Notes: a model not told the origin generated them from the letters alone. Counted from the stretch's first letter, positions 8,518 to 17,280 are shown. The stretch is 32,192 bases of DNA from Candidatus Lindowbacteria bacterium RIFCSPLOWO2_12_FULL_62_27 (GCA_001784175.1 MFPR01000005.1:1-32192), one strand, 5' to 3'. Program-made: numbers and translations.

Positions 8518-8862
8518 CTAACGGCGCGGCTTCAGATCGTTCAGCGTGTCTCGAACCCAGGAAAAAGCGGCGACCGTAGCGGGCATGCCGATCGTGCCGG
8601 CGGCCATGGCCACCACCTGTTCGATATCCCGCCGCGATATGCCCATCTTCGACGCTTTGCGAACGCCTGAATGGATCGCGCCTTCCCGCAACGCGCCGAC
8701 GGAAATTCCCAATTTGATCAGCCGCCGGGTCTTCTCATCCAACCCGCCGGCCGTCTCGCCGGCCCGGTTGATCAGTTCCCAGGCTCGTTCGAGATCCGGG
8801 TATCGCGCACAGAAGTCGTTAAAGGTCTTCGGAGGTTTCGGAAGTTTCGATTTCTTTTTCAT
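8518..8862 (-). CDS. carboxymuconolactone decarboxylase (CMD/AhpD-like) family protein
   Basis: LDEKTRRLIKLGISVGA..GAIHSGVRKASKMGISRRDI..IGMP; no CxxC. Confidence 0.8.
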   Translation of the reverse strand: MKKKSKLPKPPKTFNDFCARYPDLERAWELINRAGETAGGLDEKTRRLIKLGISVGALREGAIHSGVRKASKMGISRRDIEQVVAMAAGTIGMPATVAAFSWVRDTLNDLKPRR

Positions 8863-8920
8863 ATTGCATCCCTATCACGGATATTTCACGATGTACAGCC
8901 GATTTCTAAACCAGATTTCA

Positions 8921-9361
8921 TCATGGTTCTCGACGCGAACGCCGGCTCAACCACCACGCTGCGGCGGCTACCGATAGGAGCGTGATCACGGCGACCAGGG
9001 GTCTGGCCAAGGGCAGGAGCGCAGCGCCGAACAGGTTGAGGTAAACCACGAGTATCGGGGACCCACAGCACCCCAGCAGGTAGCAACCGGCAACAGCCAG
9101 AACCCCGGAGAAGGTGATTCCGCCGATGGCCAGACTGCGCGATCCGCACAACTTATCTTCCCGATACCGTCGCAGCGCCCACACCGCAAAGGCCAGGGAG
9201 AGGGCGTAGGAGAACCCGAGGAAGTAGGATTGGGTTGCGGCGTAGCTCCTCCCGCCTTCCGGGAACAACCCGAGCCAAAGATAGTGGACACCCCAAACAG
9301 CCCAGAAGACCGCAATCGGCAAGACGGACCGCAGCACGAAATGTTTCACCCTCACAAACAT
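8921..9361 (-). CDS. small ~4-TM membrane protein with C-x4-CC motif
   Basis: Hydrophobic segments; AGCYLLGCCGSP; start overlaps the upstream stop (TGATG; GTG at 9364 is an alternative). Confidence 0.7.
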   Translation of the reverse strand: MFVRVKHFVLRSVLPIAVFWAVWGVHYLWLGLFPEGGRSYAATQSYFLGFSYALSLAFAVWALRRYREDKLCGSRSLAIGGITFSGVLAVAGCYLLGCCGSPILVVYLNLFGAALLPLARPLVAVITLLSVAAAAWWLSRRSRREP

Positions 9362-10521
9362 CACAGCAATCGCATGAGGTCGTGACTCGGGTTGGCGGGG
9401 CGCGCTTCCGGCGCACCGTCCTGGACGTATCCGGCTCCGGTCAGAAGGGCTGCCTCGGCGCGGGCCAACTCTCGTCCGAGATAGGCCGCGTGGTCAAGCC
9501 GGGAAACCAGTCCCTTTTCGATGGCCGGTATGTAGAGCTCCGCGGCAGCGCGGCCTTCTATCACCATGTTGAGCACGCCGTTGTTCCCAAAGTGTTCAAG
9601 CGAAAGTGCGCCGCGGACGCGGTCCACGTAGAGGACGAAGTACCCAGCGGGATCACCGGTCATACGTTCCGGCAGATATCCCGTGATGGGGTGGAGTTCC
9701 TGGATAGAGGGAAACGGGTCGGCCGGCCCCGGATCGCGCGCCGCGCAAGCGCGAACACGGCGCAGGATCGCGTTCAAGTCGTCCACGCCGATCAGGTCGG
9801 CAATCTCCACGCTCCGCCGCAAGTGTTCGACCGCCTCGCCGCCAACGTTCTTGAGGATCGGCCGCTTGCCGTTGGCCCCTATGATGCGTCCGCGCTCGTC
9901 GATCCCGGAACGGCCCAGCGAGAGCAGCGACTGGCCCGGCAGGTGTCCGATGGCCTGCCGGGAATCCGCGCCGCAGAGGACGAGAAAGCGGATATTCGGG
10001 TTGGCCAGGACATTCGTGATGATTCGCTCGATGCCCAGATTCTCCGTGTGGAGCGTGCCGACAATTGAGATTGCGTCTTCTCCGCTCCGGACAATCGGTT
10101 CAACGAGATCCCCGGCGTTGAGCGTGCAGACCGCGACGGATGCTCGATACCGGAGGACGGTGTAATCACCCGGGAACGGTGGCCAGCCCGCATGTGCTTC
10201 GGCTGCTTCCGCGGGGCACGGATCAATCTCCAGCTTTGTGCCCGATCCGTTCAGGGCGTTGACCGCCAGCGCGGGGTGGCAGACCTTGCATCCCAAGCAG
10301 TCGTACGTGCGATCGGTGAGTACAGCTTTCCCCGCCTCGATGGCCGATGAGAGCCGATCCGGCCGGGCAGTCGCCGGTATCGCATCCCCAATCGCCTTCA
10401 AGGTGTCGTGGAAGCATCCGCATGGCCGGCACTTGCTGGCGGCGGTGGCATGGTCGATCTGTGCGGCCGCCTCCTCCACGGATGAGGTCGATGCCGCATG
10501 AATGGAATTTTCGCCTTCCAC
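9361..10521 (-). CDS. Cys-rich domain + MtrA-like corrinoid-binding domain + DUF4346 fusion
   Basis: N-terminal CRPCGC and YDCLGCKVC; MtrA signatures GWP..GDY, VAVCTL, HTENLGIERIITNVLANPNIRFLVLCG, GHLPGQSL, GRIIGANG; C-terminal DPAGYF..LDHAAYLGRELARAE. GTG start overlaps the arsR stop (TAGTG) after GAGGAG. Confidence 0.85.
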   Translation of the reverse strand: MEGENSIHAASTSSVEEAAAQIDHATAASKCRPCGCFHDTLKAIGDAIPATARPDRLSSAIEAGKAVLTDRTYDCLGCKVCHPALAVNALNGSGTKLEIDPCPAEAAEAHAGWPPFPGDYTVLRYRASVAVCTLNAGDLVEPIVRSGEDAISIVGTLHTENLGIERIITNVLANPNIRFLVLCGADSRQAIGHLPGQSLLSLGRSGIDERGRIIGANGKRPILKNVGGEAVEHLRRSVEIADLIGVDDLNAILRRVRACAARDPGPADPFPSIQELHPITGYLPERMTGDPAGYFVLYVDRVRGALSLEHFGNNGVLNMVIEGRAAAELYIPAIEKGLVSRLDHAAYLGRELARAEAALLTGAGYVQDGAPEARPANPSHDLMRLL

Positions 10522-10925
10522 TACCGCCGCGCTCCTCGCAGGTCCGACATCAAGGTTCGCGCGCCGCTCGGCCGGTCCTCTGTCAAGCAGAGGCCTTGAT
10601 CGAGAAGACTCACCACGCACGGGTCCACGATGCGGTAGTGCATCTGGGTTCCGTTGCGCCGCGAGGCCACGATCCCCTTGTCCACGAGCCTCCGAAGTTG
10701 GTTCGAGACGGCCTGCGTCTTCACGCCGACAGCCTCCGCAAGGTCCCCCACGCACAGGTCCGGCTCGCGGACCAGGGCATGGAGCATCCGCAGACGGGTG
10801 CCGTTGGCGAGCACCTTAAACGCCGCCTCCATACTTGCGGACTGTTCCGAGCCGATGAGCGGGCGCTTCCCAATCTTCGGCTTCGGCGGGCAACAGGCGA
10901 CCGAAGTTCGCCCGGATCCGGCCAT
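10521..10925 (-). CDS. ArsR/SmtB-family repressor with N-terminal CC
   Basis: ACCPP, FKVLANGTRLRML, DLCVGDLA, QAVSNQLRRL, RRNGTQMHYRI, DPC..GLC; SD GGAAGG before ATG 10925. Confidence 0.9.
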   Translation of the reverse strand: MAGSGRTSVACCPPKPKIGKRPLIGSEQSASMEAAFKVLANGTRLRMLHALVREPDLCVGDLAEAVGVKTQAVSNQLRRLVDKGIVASRRNGTQMHYRIVDPCVVSLLDQGLCLTEDRPSGARTLMSDLRGARR

Positions 10926-10938
10926 GGCTGCCTTCCGT

Positions 10939-10981
10939 TTGGACACTACGACATCATATGGTGTAATAGTGTCCAAGTCAA
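10939..10981 (-). promoter_or_regulatory. sigma70 promoter inside a 38-bp palindromic operator
   Basis: TTGACT (10981-10976), 17 nt, TATGAT (10958-10953). Palindrome TTGGACACTA-cg-ACATCATATGGTGT-aa-TAGTGTCCAA at 10939-10976. Confidence 0.85.
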
Positions 10982-10993
10982 GTATGGAGGCAT

Positions 10994-12313
10994 TCAGAAA
11001 CTGTATCGCATCCTGAAGTAGAGGTTGTCGTTCCCGTCGAGCTGGCCGAACTCGGTATGAGCGCGGCGGCCTGTGAATACGTCGGCGCCGACGACCAGTG
11101 TCCACTCGTCCGACATCTTCCATGAGAGGCACGGCCTGAGATGGGCGTCGCGGTCGGTGGGACTGTAAAAGGCGAACAGGGAGGCCTCGACGGTTTGAAA
11201 CCGGAAGAGCCGGGTCAGCCGCAGGGTCAAGACACGCCGCCGCTCGGCGCGGGGCGGATTGCCGGGCGCGGCGCTTCGTTGAAACGCGCCGAAGTTGCGC
11301 ATCCGCTCGACGTAATATTGAATCCCCACGCGCGCGTCATTCGGAAAATCGCGTTCGTATCCCGCCAGATATTTCATCGCCGAATTCTCGACGAGGCGGT
11401 CCGTGCCGCGGCGGTCGTCGATCGAATCGTACCAGCCGGCCTCAAACCAGCCGATACCGCCGAGCCGCGCCACAGGCCCGCGAATGCTTGCGCCCCATAC
11501 CGCCAGACGCGGATAAAAGAGTTCCCGGCCGCCTGAACTCACAAACCCACGCGGCTGTTTGAAAAACCCGCGGAAGGCGTACAGGGCGCACTCGGCGCTT
11601 CCATACGAGCGCGCGAGGCGCGCCGCCGCTTCCGTGTGGTCCAGGCGCGCAGCAGGCTCGATCAACACGCGCCGCGCGTCGCTCCCCGCGATCCGGCCCA
11701 ACGTGGGATCGAAGAAACTGAGGCGCTCGCCGCGCAGGGGGGCGTCGGGCGCGAAGAACGGAACGAACACAACGTCCAGGGACGCGCCCGGCCCGAACGC
11801 CGAAAATCTGGCGGCGTCGGAAGGCGCTTTGAGATATTCGTCGTCCCGGCCGATGAAGAACGAGACGAAATCTTTCGGAAACAGATCGTTGACGAACAAC
11901 AGGTCCCCCGTTCCCCACGTGAGAATCTGCCGGCCGATCTTGACGTCAAGCCACTCCGCCGGGCTGAACAGAACATGCGCTTCGCGAATCCGCATCTGGA
12001 CGCTCGATGCATTCCGGTCGCCGGCGAGATCGGACTTGGAGAACAGTTCCGCGCGCCATTTGTTTTCCCGGGCGGGCCGCCAGAGGGTTTTCAGTTGAAG
12101 GCGGGATTCGAGGAAGTTGAAGCCGGCGTGCCGGGTCTTTCCCTCGCCGCCGATCTTCGGCCCGAAGGCGGCTTCGGCGAATCCGTGGATTTCGCGGGCG
12201 TCCACGCGCGCCGCGCCCGCCGAGAACGCGGCGATGCAGGCGGCGACGAGAAACGCCCCGTCAGCGAATCCAGGACGCCGGCGGACGGCGGAGACTCCGT
12301 TCCTGAAAAACAT
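10994..12313 (-). CDS. outer-membrane beta-barrel (DUF1302-like) partner of MMPL/LolA-like proteins
   Basis: IREAHVLF, IGRQILTWGTGD, FGQLDGNDNLYFRMRYSF C-terminus, signal-like region ending ARVDA. Start uncertain. Confidence 0.75.
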   Translation of the reverse strand: MFFRNGVSAVRRRPGFADGAFLVAACIAAFSAGAARVDAREIHGFAEAAFGPKIGGEGKTRHAGFNFLESRLQLKTLWRPARENKWRAELFSKSDLAGDRNASSVQMRIREAHVLFSPAEWLDVKIGRQILTWGTGDLLFVNDLFPKDFVSFFIGRDDEYLKAPSDAARFSAFGPGASLDVVFVPFFAPDAPLRGERLSFFDPTLGRIAGSDARRVLIEPAARLDHTEAAARLARSYGSAECALYAFRGFFKQPRGFVSSGGRELFYPRLAVWGASIRGPVARLGGIGWFEAGWYDSIDDRRGTDRLVENSAMKYLAGYERDFPNDARVGIQYYVERMRNFGAFQRSAAPGNPPRAERRRVLTLRLTRLFRFQTVEASLFAFYSPTDRDAHLRPCLSWKMSDEWTLVVGADVFTGRRAHTEFGQLDGNDNLYFRMRYSF

Positions 12314-13067
12314 TGGCTGAAAGGCCGACGTCGTAGGACACGTCGCCGACGGCAATTTCGGTAAACCGCCCGTTGTCGAGGTCGGTCATCATTGCCTTCG
12401 TGATCGTCGGCGTGCCGCCGATCGTCCGGATTTCACGCGTCTCATAGATCTTGTACAGCTTCCCCTGCGGACTGTAGTGCTCGACTTTGAGCGGCAAAAA
12501 CGTCGCGGTGTCCATCCAGAACAGGCGATACGCGAACTCGGACTCGCCCGGCCGTTTCGCCGCGCTCTTCACGACAAACGCCGCGCGATCACCGATCGCT
12601 TCTTCCCGCAAAAACGCGTGGTCGTCCTCATCAATGTCGCGGCCGGAGATGTCCTCGTAGGAGAAATCGGATCCGGCGAAGCTCGTGCGCCGGTCGGCGG
12701 CGGAGATTCGTTTGACGAGGTCGAGCGCGGGCATGTAGAGCCAGCGGTCGTCGTCCCTGCCGACATGCTTGAACACCAGAAAGCTCATCCCCTGCACGTC
12801 CGGGGGCGCGAGGAAGTGGAGATAGTACGATTGTTCGCCTCCGTCTTTCAGATCGCGCCGGAGCATGACGAGCCGCCGTTTGCGTTCCTGTCCCTGCCGG
12901 TTCACGATCCGCATTGTGACCGCCATTTTCGCGTCATCGCGCGGATAGTAATACGCCAGGATCATCCGCTCCGCAATCGCGTGTCCATCCATCGGCGGCC
13001 CGGCGCTGACGCCCCCCTCGACAATGAGAACGGCCGCGAGCGCCGCAAGAATACGTTTCAGTTTCAT
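12261..13067 (-). CDS. LolA-like outer-membrane lipoprotein-sorting protein
   Basis: Signal peptide; FLAPPDVQGMSFL, DDDRWLYMPALDLVKRISA, SFAGSDFSYEDI. True start 13067 forms an ATGA overlap with the MMPL stop. Confidence 0.88.
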   Translation of the reverse strand: MKLKRILAALAAVLIVEGGVSAGPPMDGHAIAERMILAYYYPRDDAKMAVTMRIVNRQGQERKRRLVMLRRDLKDGGEQSYYLHFLAPPDVQGMSFLVFKHVGRDDDRWLYMPALDLVKRISAADRRTSFAGSDFSYEDISGRDIDEDDHAFLREEAIGDRAAFVVKSAAKRPGESEFAYRLFWMDTATFLPLKVEHYSPQGKLYKIYETREIRTIGGTPTITKAMMTDLDNGRFTEIAVGDVSYDVGLSANVFQERSLRRPPASWIR

Positions 13068-15442
13068 GTGTGTTCTCCTCCGATAAGTTGCCGGCGCAGG
13101 AGCCGGATCAGGGCGGGAAGATAAACGAGGCTCATGGCCGACGACAACAGCATGATGGCGGCCATCAATACGCCGACGGTGATGTAGGGCGTGAGGTCGG
13201 CGAAGATCATGACGAGGAATCCGGATGCGAAGAGAATCGCGTTGCAGATAACCCCGCGGCCCGGCCGGGACACGGTCCAGATCAGCGTCTCGTCGATCCC
13301 CGAGGCCGTGTCGATCCCGGCGAGGCGTTGGCGGAACCGGCCGACGAAGTGAATGGCGAAATCGACGGCCATGCCAAGCGTCAGCGTTGAGAGCACCGCC
13401 ACCGGCATGTCGAAATCTTTTCCGATCCACCCAACGACGCCGTAGATCACGGTAATCGTCGCCAGGAGAGGCAGAAAACAGACGCATCCCCACAGCGCCG
13501 AACGCATCTGGATCACCAGCAGAATCCAGACCATTCCCAGTCCCCATAAAAAACTTTCGAGCATGCCCCGGAGGACTTCGTGATTCCACACCGTATTGAA
13601 GTAGGCGATGCCGGCCGGGCGGATTTGCGCCCCGTCCGGAAGCGGATGCGCCGCGAGATGGGCGTTGGCCCGCCCAATCACGCCGTTCATGGCGTCGGCG
13701 TCCCATGTTTTGAGTTGAATCATGATGTTGGCGTTTTTCAGCGGGAAATCGACGACGTTGTCGATGTCGCGCGGTTTGGCGGAGGAACTCAAAAGAAGGA
13801 GAATCTGCCCGACCGCGCCGGCGGATTCCGGGATGCGGTCGAATGAGGGATCGTCGTCGTGGAGGACGCGATTGGCGCGCCGGATGTAGTCCGCGATCGA
13901 AACGGTTTTGCCGACGAGCGGATCGCGTTCGAGTTCCCGCTGAAGACGCTCGATCGCCGTCAGCATCGCCGGATCGCCGATGGCGCCCTCCGACCGGGCC
14001 TGCACGACGATGTAGGCGGTCGACGTTCCGCCGAGATGCTCGTTGAGAATCCGGTCGGCGCTTCGAACGGCGCTTTCCGGTTTGAACCAGTGCACCATGT
14101 TGTTGTTGACCCGGATGCGCGCAAGGCCCGCCCCCGCGACAAGGATCACCGCCAGGCCCACCAGCAGAACGGGCTTGGTCCGGCGCACGCAAAATCCGCC
14201 GAGCCGCGTAAGCCATGCCGCGCCCGCACTCGCGGGATCGTTCTGCCGCCGCGCCAGCCGGTCGACGCATGCGGCCGGTACCAGCATCAGCATCGCCGGC
14301 ACAAGCGTGTAGCTCATGAGGAGAACGACGAGCGTTCCGAATCCGACGACAAGCCCGAAAATTTTCACGGGCACGATGTCTCCCGCCGCCAGCGCGGCGA
14401 ATCCCACCGCGGTCGTGATGTCCGAGTAGAAAACCGGCGGGCCGACGACGGCCATCGTATCGAGCGCCGCCTGCCGCCTGTCGACGCACCCTCCGTCGGG
14501 CACTCGACATCCGTGTCTCGCGCAAACCCCGACTCCGGGTACGGCGACATCCCTGTCGCCGCCCGCGCGAAAGGCGAACTCGTTCAGGATGTGGACGGCG
14601 TCCGTGGCGATGGCCATGAGAAAAACGGGACTCATGGAACTCATGATGTGCACCGGAAATCCAAGTCCGATGAGTCCGCCCATGCTCCAGACGATGCTGA
14701 TCATCGCCACGGCCATGTTGGCCGCGATCACCCAAACATTCCGAAACATCAGCCAGAGCGCCAAGCAGATCACGGCGCCGGCGAAGGGCGAGAAAAACGC
14801 CATCTGGCGGAACATCTCCGCGCCGAATGTGTCGCGGGCGATGGGATCGCCGGCAAGATGGAAGACGTCGTCTCCCGAATTCTGCGGGAAAATCGCGCGG
14901 ATTTTGTCCGCGATTTCCTTGCCGTTGACACCCGGCTCAAGCGGAACGGAGATGACGGTCGCCGTCGCCCGATCCGAGATGAGGCGATTGACGAAAAGCG
15001 GGTTGTCGAGGAGCTGGCGACGCAGGGCCGCCAGTTCCACGTCCGACGCGGGAATGACCGCCAGAGGCGGCTTGACGATCAGGTCACCGTTGGCGCTCGT
15101 TACGTTGTCCGTGGCGGAAAGGCTTGCCACGTCCCGCGCGACGACGCCGGGGATCGACTGAATCGCGCGCGTGAGTTCCGCGACGCGGCCGAGGGTTTGC
15201 GGATTGAAGACGCCATGCGGATTGACGATTCCGACGACGATCACGTCCGCATGAAGGGCGAAATCCCGCTCGACCTGATCGTTGTATCGCCGCACTGGCG
15301 ATGTTTCCGGCAGCATGTGTTTGGGATCCGTGTCGACGGTGACTTTGGGAAACTGCATTCCAAAGAGGACGCTTACCATGGCGACCGCGGCGAGCACGGC
15401 GCGCGGATGGTCGACGCTAAGTTGCGTGAGACGCTTGAGCAT
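13064..15442 (-). CDS. RND/MMPL-family transporter
   Basis: Two repeats of TM - periplasmic domain - TM bundle; IATDAVH and GMAVDFAIH motifs, TTAVGF; 792 aa. Confidence 0.9.
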   Translation of the reverse strand: MLKRLTQLSVDHPRAVLAAVAMVSVLFGMQFPKVTVDTDPKHMLPETSPVRRYNDQVERDFALHADVIVVGIVNPHGVFNPQTLGRVAELTRAIQSIPGVVARDVASLSATDNVTSANGDLIVKPPLAVIPASDVELAALRRQLLDNPLFVNRLISDRATATVISVPLEPGVNGKEIADKIRAIFPQNSGDDVFHLAGDPIARDTFGAEMFRQMAFFSPFAGAVICLALWLMFRNVWVIAANMAVAMISIVWSMGGLIGLGFPVHIMSSMSPVFLMAIATDAVHILNEFAFRAGGDRDVAVPGVGVCARHGCRVPDGGCVDRRQAALDTMAVVGPPVFYSDITTAVGFAALAAGDIVPVKIFGLVVGFGTLVVLLMSYTLVPAMLMLVPAACVDRLARRQNDPASAGAAWLTRLGGFCVRRTKPVLLVGLAVILVAGAGLARIRVNNNMVHWFKPESAVRSADRILNEHLGGTSTAYIVVQARSEGAIGDPAMLTAIERLQRELERDPLVGKTVSIADYIRRANRVLHDDDPSFDRIPESAGAVGQILLLLSSSAKPRDIDNVVDFPLKNANIMIQLKTWDADAMNGVIGRANAHLAAHPLPDGAQIRPAGIAYFNTVWNHEVLRGMLESFLWGLGMVWILLVIQMRSALWGCVCFLPLLATITVIYGVVGWIGKDFDMPVAVLSTLTLGMAVDFAIHFVGRFRQRLAGIDTASGIDETLIWTVSRPGRGVICNAILFASGFLVMIFADLTPYITVGVLMAAIMLLSSAMSLVYLPALIRLLRRQLIGGEHT
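14477..14561. repeat. in-frame palindromic element in the MMPL gene
   Basis: 7-bp direct repeat CCTGTCG at 14477-14483 and 14552-14558 (75 nt apart); perfect 8-4-8 hairpin 14542-14561 with GGGA loop on the minus strand; nested stems CGTACCC/GGGTGCG and GTCGGG/CCCGAC around GACA-CGGA-TGTC. Confidence 0.65.
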
Positions 15443-15462
15443 CGGCGCTCAGGGCCGCCTGC

Positions 15463-16305
15463 TCAGTCTTCAGTCGCGCCGAAGGCTAATTTGTCCGCGA
15501 TGTCGAGGATGGCGCGGGCGGCGGGATCGCCGGGCTCGGCGAGAACGAGGGGAACGCCCTTCTCCTGCGCGCGGAGAACCGCTGGGGATCGCGGCACCCG
15601 GCCGAGCAGAGGCACATGAAATCGCTCGCAGGGTTGTGAGCCGTTTCCGGCCGTCTCTTCGATGGACCGGCCGCAGTGCGGACAGACCGCGCCTGACATG
15701 TTTTCGATCCAGCCGAGAACAGGGGCGCGGAGCTGTTTGAACATCATCAGAGCTTTGATCGTTACGGACTCGGACATGGGGTCCGGGGTGGAGACGAGAA
15801 CAACGCCGGTCAGGGGCAGAAGGCCGCAGATGGAAAGATGCAAATCGCCGGTACCGGGAGGCAGATCGACGAGGAGGAGGTCGAGTTCGCCCCACATCAC
15901 ATCCCGGGCGAACTTGTTCACCGTGTCAATCACCAGCGGCGCGCGCCAGACCACCGGTTCGTCCGGATCGGCGATGGATCCCATCGAAAAAAACCGCACG
16001 TCATGCCGAACGAGGGGGCGGGGACGGCCATCCTCGATTTCCGGGACGTCATCCGAGCCGAGCAGGATCGGGGTACAGGGTCCGTGAAAATCGAGGTCCA
16101 TGAGGCCCACGCGAATTGTCCCTGTCGCCGACCGACTGGCCAATGCCGCCGCAAGATTGACGGCGACGGTCGATTTGCCGACGCCGCCCTTGCCGCCCGC
16201 CACCGCCACGATTTTCCGGACGCCCGGAATCGGCGGGGCGGCCGGCGGTGCGGCCGGTGCGGGCATTTTGATCGGGCAGGCAAACGGTTTCGATGGAGAT
16301 TGCAT
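15463..16305 (-). CDS. mrp: Mrp/NBP35 (ApbC) Fe-S cluster carrier ATPase
   Basis: GGKGGVGKST, DLDFHGP, VDLPPGTGD, IENMSGAVCPHC; start overlaps the upstream stop (TGATG). Confidence 0.92.
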   Translation of the reverse strand: MQSPSKPFACPIKMPAPAAPPAAPPIPGVRKIVAVAGGKGGVGKSTVAVNLAAALASRSATGTIRVGLMDLDFHGPCTPILLGSDDVPEIEDGRPRPLVRHDVRFFSMGSIADPDEPVVWRAPLVIDTVNKFARDVMWGELDLLLVDLPPGTGDLHLSICGLLPLTGVVLVSTPDPMSESVTIKALMMFKQLRAPVLGWIENMSGAVCPHCGRSIEETAGNGSQPCERFHVPLLGRVPRSPAVLRAQEKGVPLVLAEPGDPAARAILDIADKLAFGATED

Positions 16306-17261
16306 CAGCAGTTGCAGTCCTCCTCGGCGGAGATGTTGATTTGCGCCGACGATTTCTGGCCGTTTTCGTCCTCGATGCGCAGGATCACGACGTAGAGACC
16401 CTGCGTGAATGTGTGCTCGGCCTGCCGGCCCGCGGCCGTTGTGCCGTCGCCGAAGTCCCACTCGATCTTTTTCATCTTGCCGCTGCCGCCAGATATCAGC
16501 GCCTTGAACTGAACTTTGTAGGGCGCTGTGCCGCGTCTGGCTCGAACGCCCCCAATCCGGGCCTTCAGCGGCCCGCCGATCTTGCCCTCCTCCTCTTTCA
16601 GGAGGCTCCCGCCCAGATCGTCGGAAACTTTCGCGAGCGCCGCGCGCGTTTGGGCCGACATCGGCGTCTCAACCGCCGTGTCTCTTCCGGCTTTCCGGCT
16701 GACGGCAAGCTGTCGGCCGTCGTCGATCCGCAGTCGCTTGTAATTCACGTCGGTCACAACGCGGCCAAGAATCGTCCAGAGCGTGGCGGACCCGCCGGGC
16801 ACGGTCGGATCATAGGTGAGGGCGAATTCGGCGCCCTGACTCAAAAATTTCCACGCGCCGGCGGCGATCTGAAACTCACAGAACAGATGTTCCGGCACCT
16901 GGGCTTTGACGAACACCCGCCCTTTTTCAAGCGTGATCACCGTCCCTTCCATTTTCTTGTCAAGGTCGAACGTCACGCCTTCGAGGGAAATCCTGCCGCC
17001 CGGATAAAGACGAAAGATGCCTCCGTTGGACCACGTGAGGACGGCGGAGGATTTGTCCGCCGTTTCGATCACGTCGCCCCGCTCGATGATCTGCCCCTCT
17101 TTGGCGCTGACGGCTTTGTCGACTCCGTACTTTTTCACGGTGGCCGTCCCGTCCAGGCGCGTCAGGCGCACCACCGAGACGTCCTCAGCCGCCGACCATC
17201 CGGCGGCGGCGATCACCATCGCAATACATGCAAGACCCCGGACAAATCCGGTTCGCATCAT
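16305..17261 (-). CDS. secreted FecR-domain + PKD-domain protein with C-terminal CxC
   Basis: Signal peptide; GDVIETADKSSAVL (FecR-like); APYKVQF..WDFGDG..HTFTQGLYVVILRIED (PKD); ends EEDCNC. Confidence 0.75.
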   Translation of the reverse strand: MMRTGFVRGLACIAMVIAAAGWSAAEDVSVVRLTRLDGTATVKKYGVDKAVSAKEGQIIERGDVIETADKSSAVLTWSNGGIFRLYPGGRISLEGVTFDLDKKMEGTVITLEKGRVFVKAQVPEHLFCEFQIAAGAWKFLSQGAEFALTYDPTVPGGSATLWTILGRVVTDVNYKRLRIDDGRQLAVSRKAGRDTAVETPMSAQTRAALAKVSDDLGGSLLKEEEGKIGGPLKARIGGVRARRGTAPYKVQFKALISGGSGKMKKIEWDFGDGTTAAGRQAEHTFTQGLYVVILRIEDENGQKSSAQINISAEEDCNC

Positions 17262-17280
17262 CCATCACCTCTCAAGTTGT

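Noticed and set aside
10275-10292. CKVCH as a c-type heme site
   Set aside because: The protein has no export signal and the motif is part of CLGCxxC-x-P.
9361-10521. hgcA, or methanogenic Mtr complex
   Set aside because: No N(V/I)WCA(A/G)GK cap helix and no HgcA membrane domain; no mtrB-H genes in the window and no MtrA membrane anchor; the context is bacterial.
14485-14525. CARHGC..C as an evolved metal-binding loop in MMPL
   Set aside because: Better explained as translation of a palindromic DNA insertion flanked by direct repeats.
13068-14735. N-terminal extensions in the ORF track (also 30881-32017, 20298-20759, 10522-10755)
   Set aside because: Alternative-frame overlap with real upstream genes; true starts have SD sites or stop/start coupling.
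16299-16316. Selenocysteine read-through at C-N-C-TGA-TGC
   Set aside because: The TGATG overlap with the mrp start explains it; the read-through frame looks non-coding and no convincing SECIS was seen.
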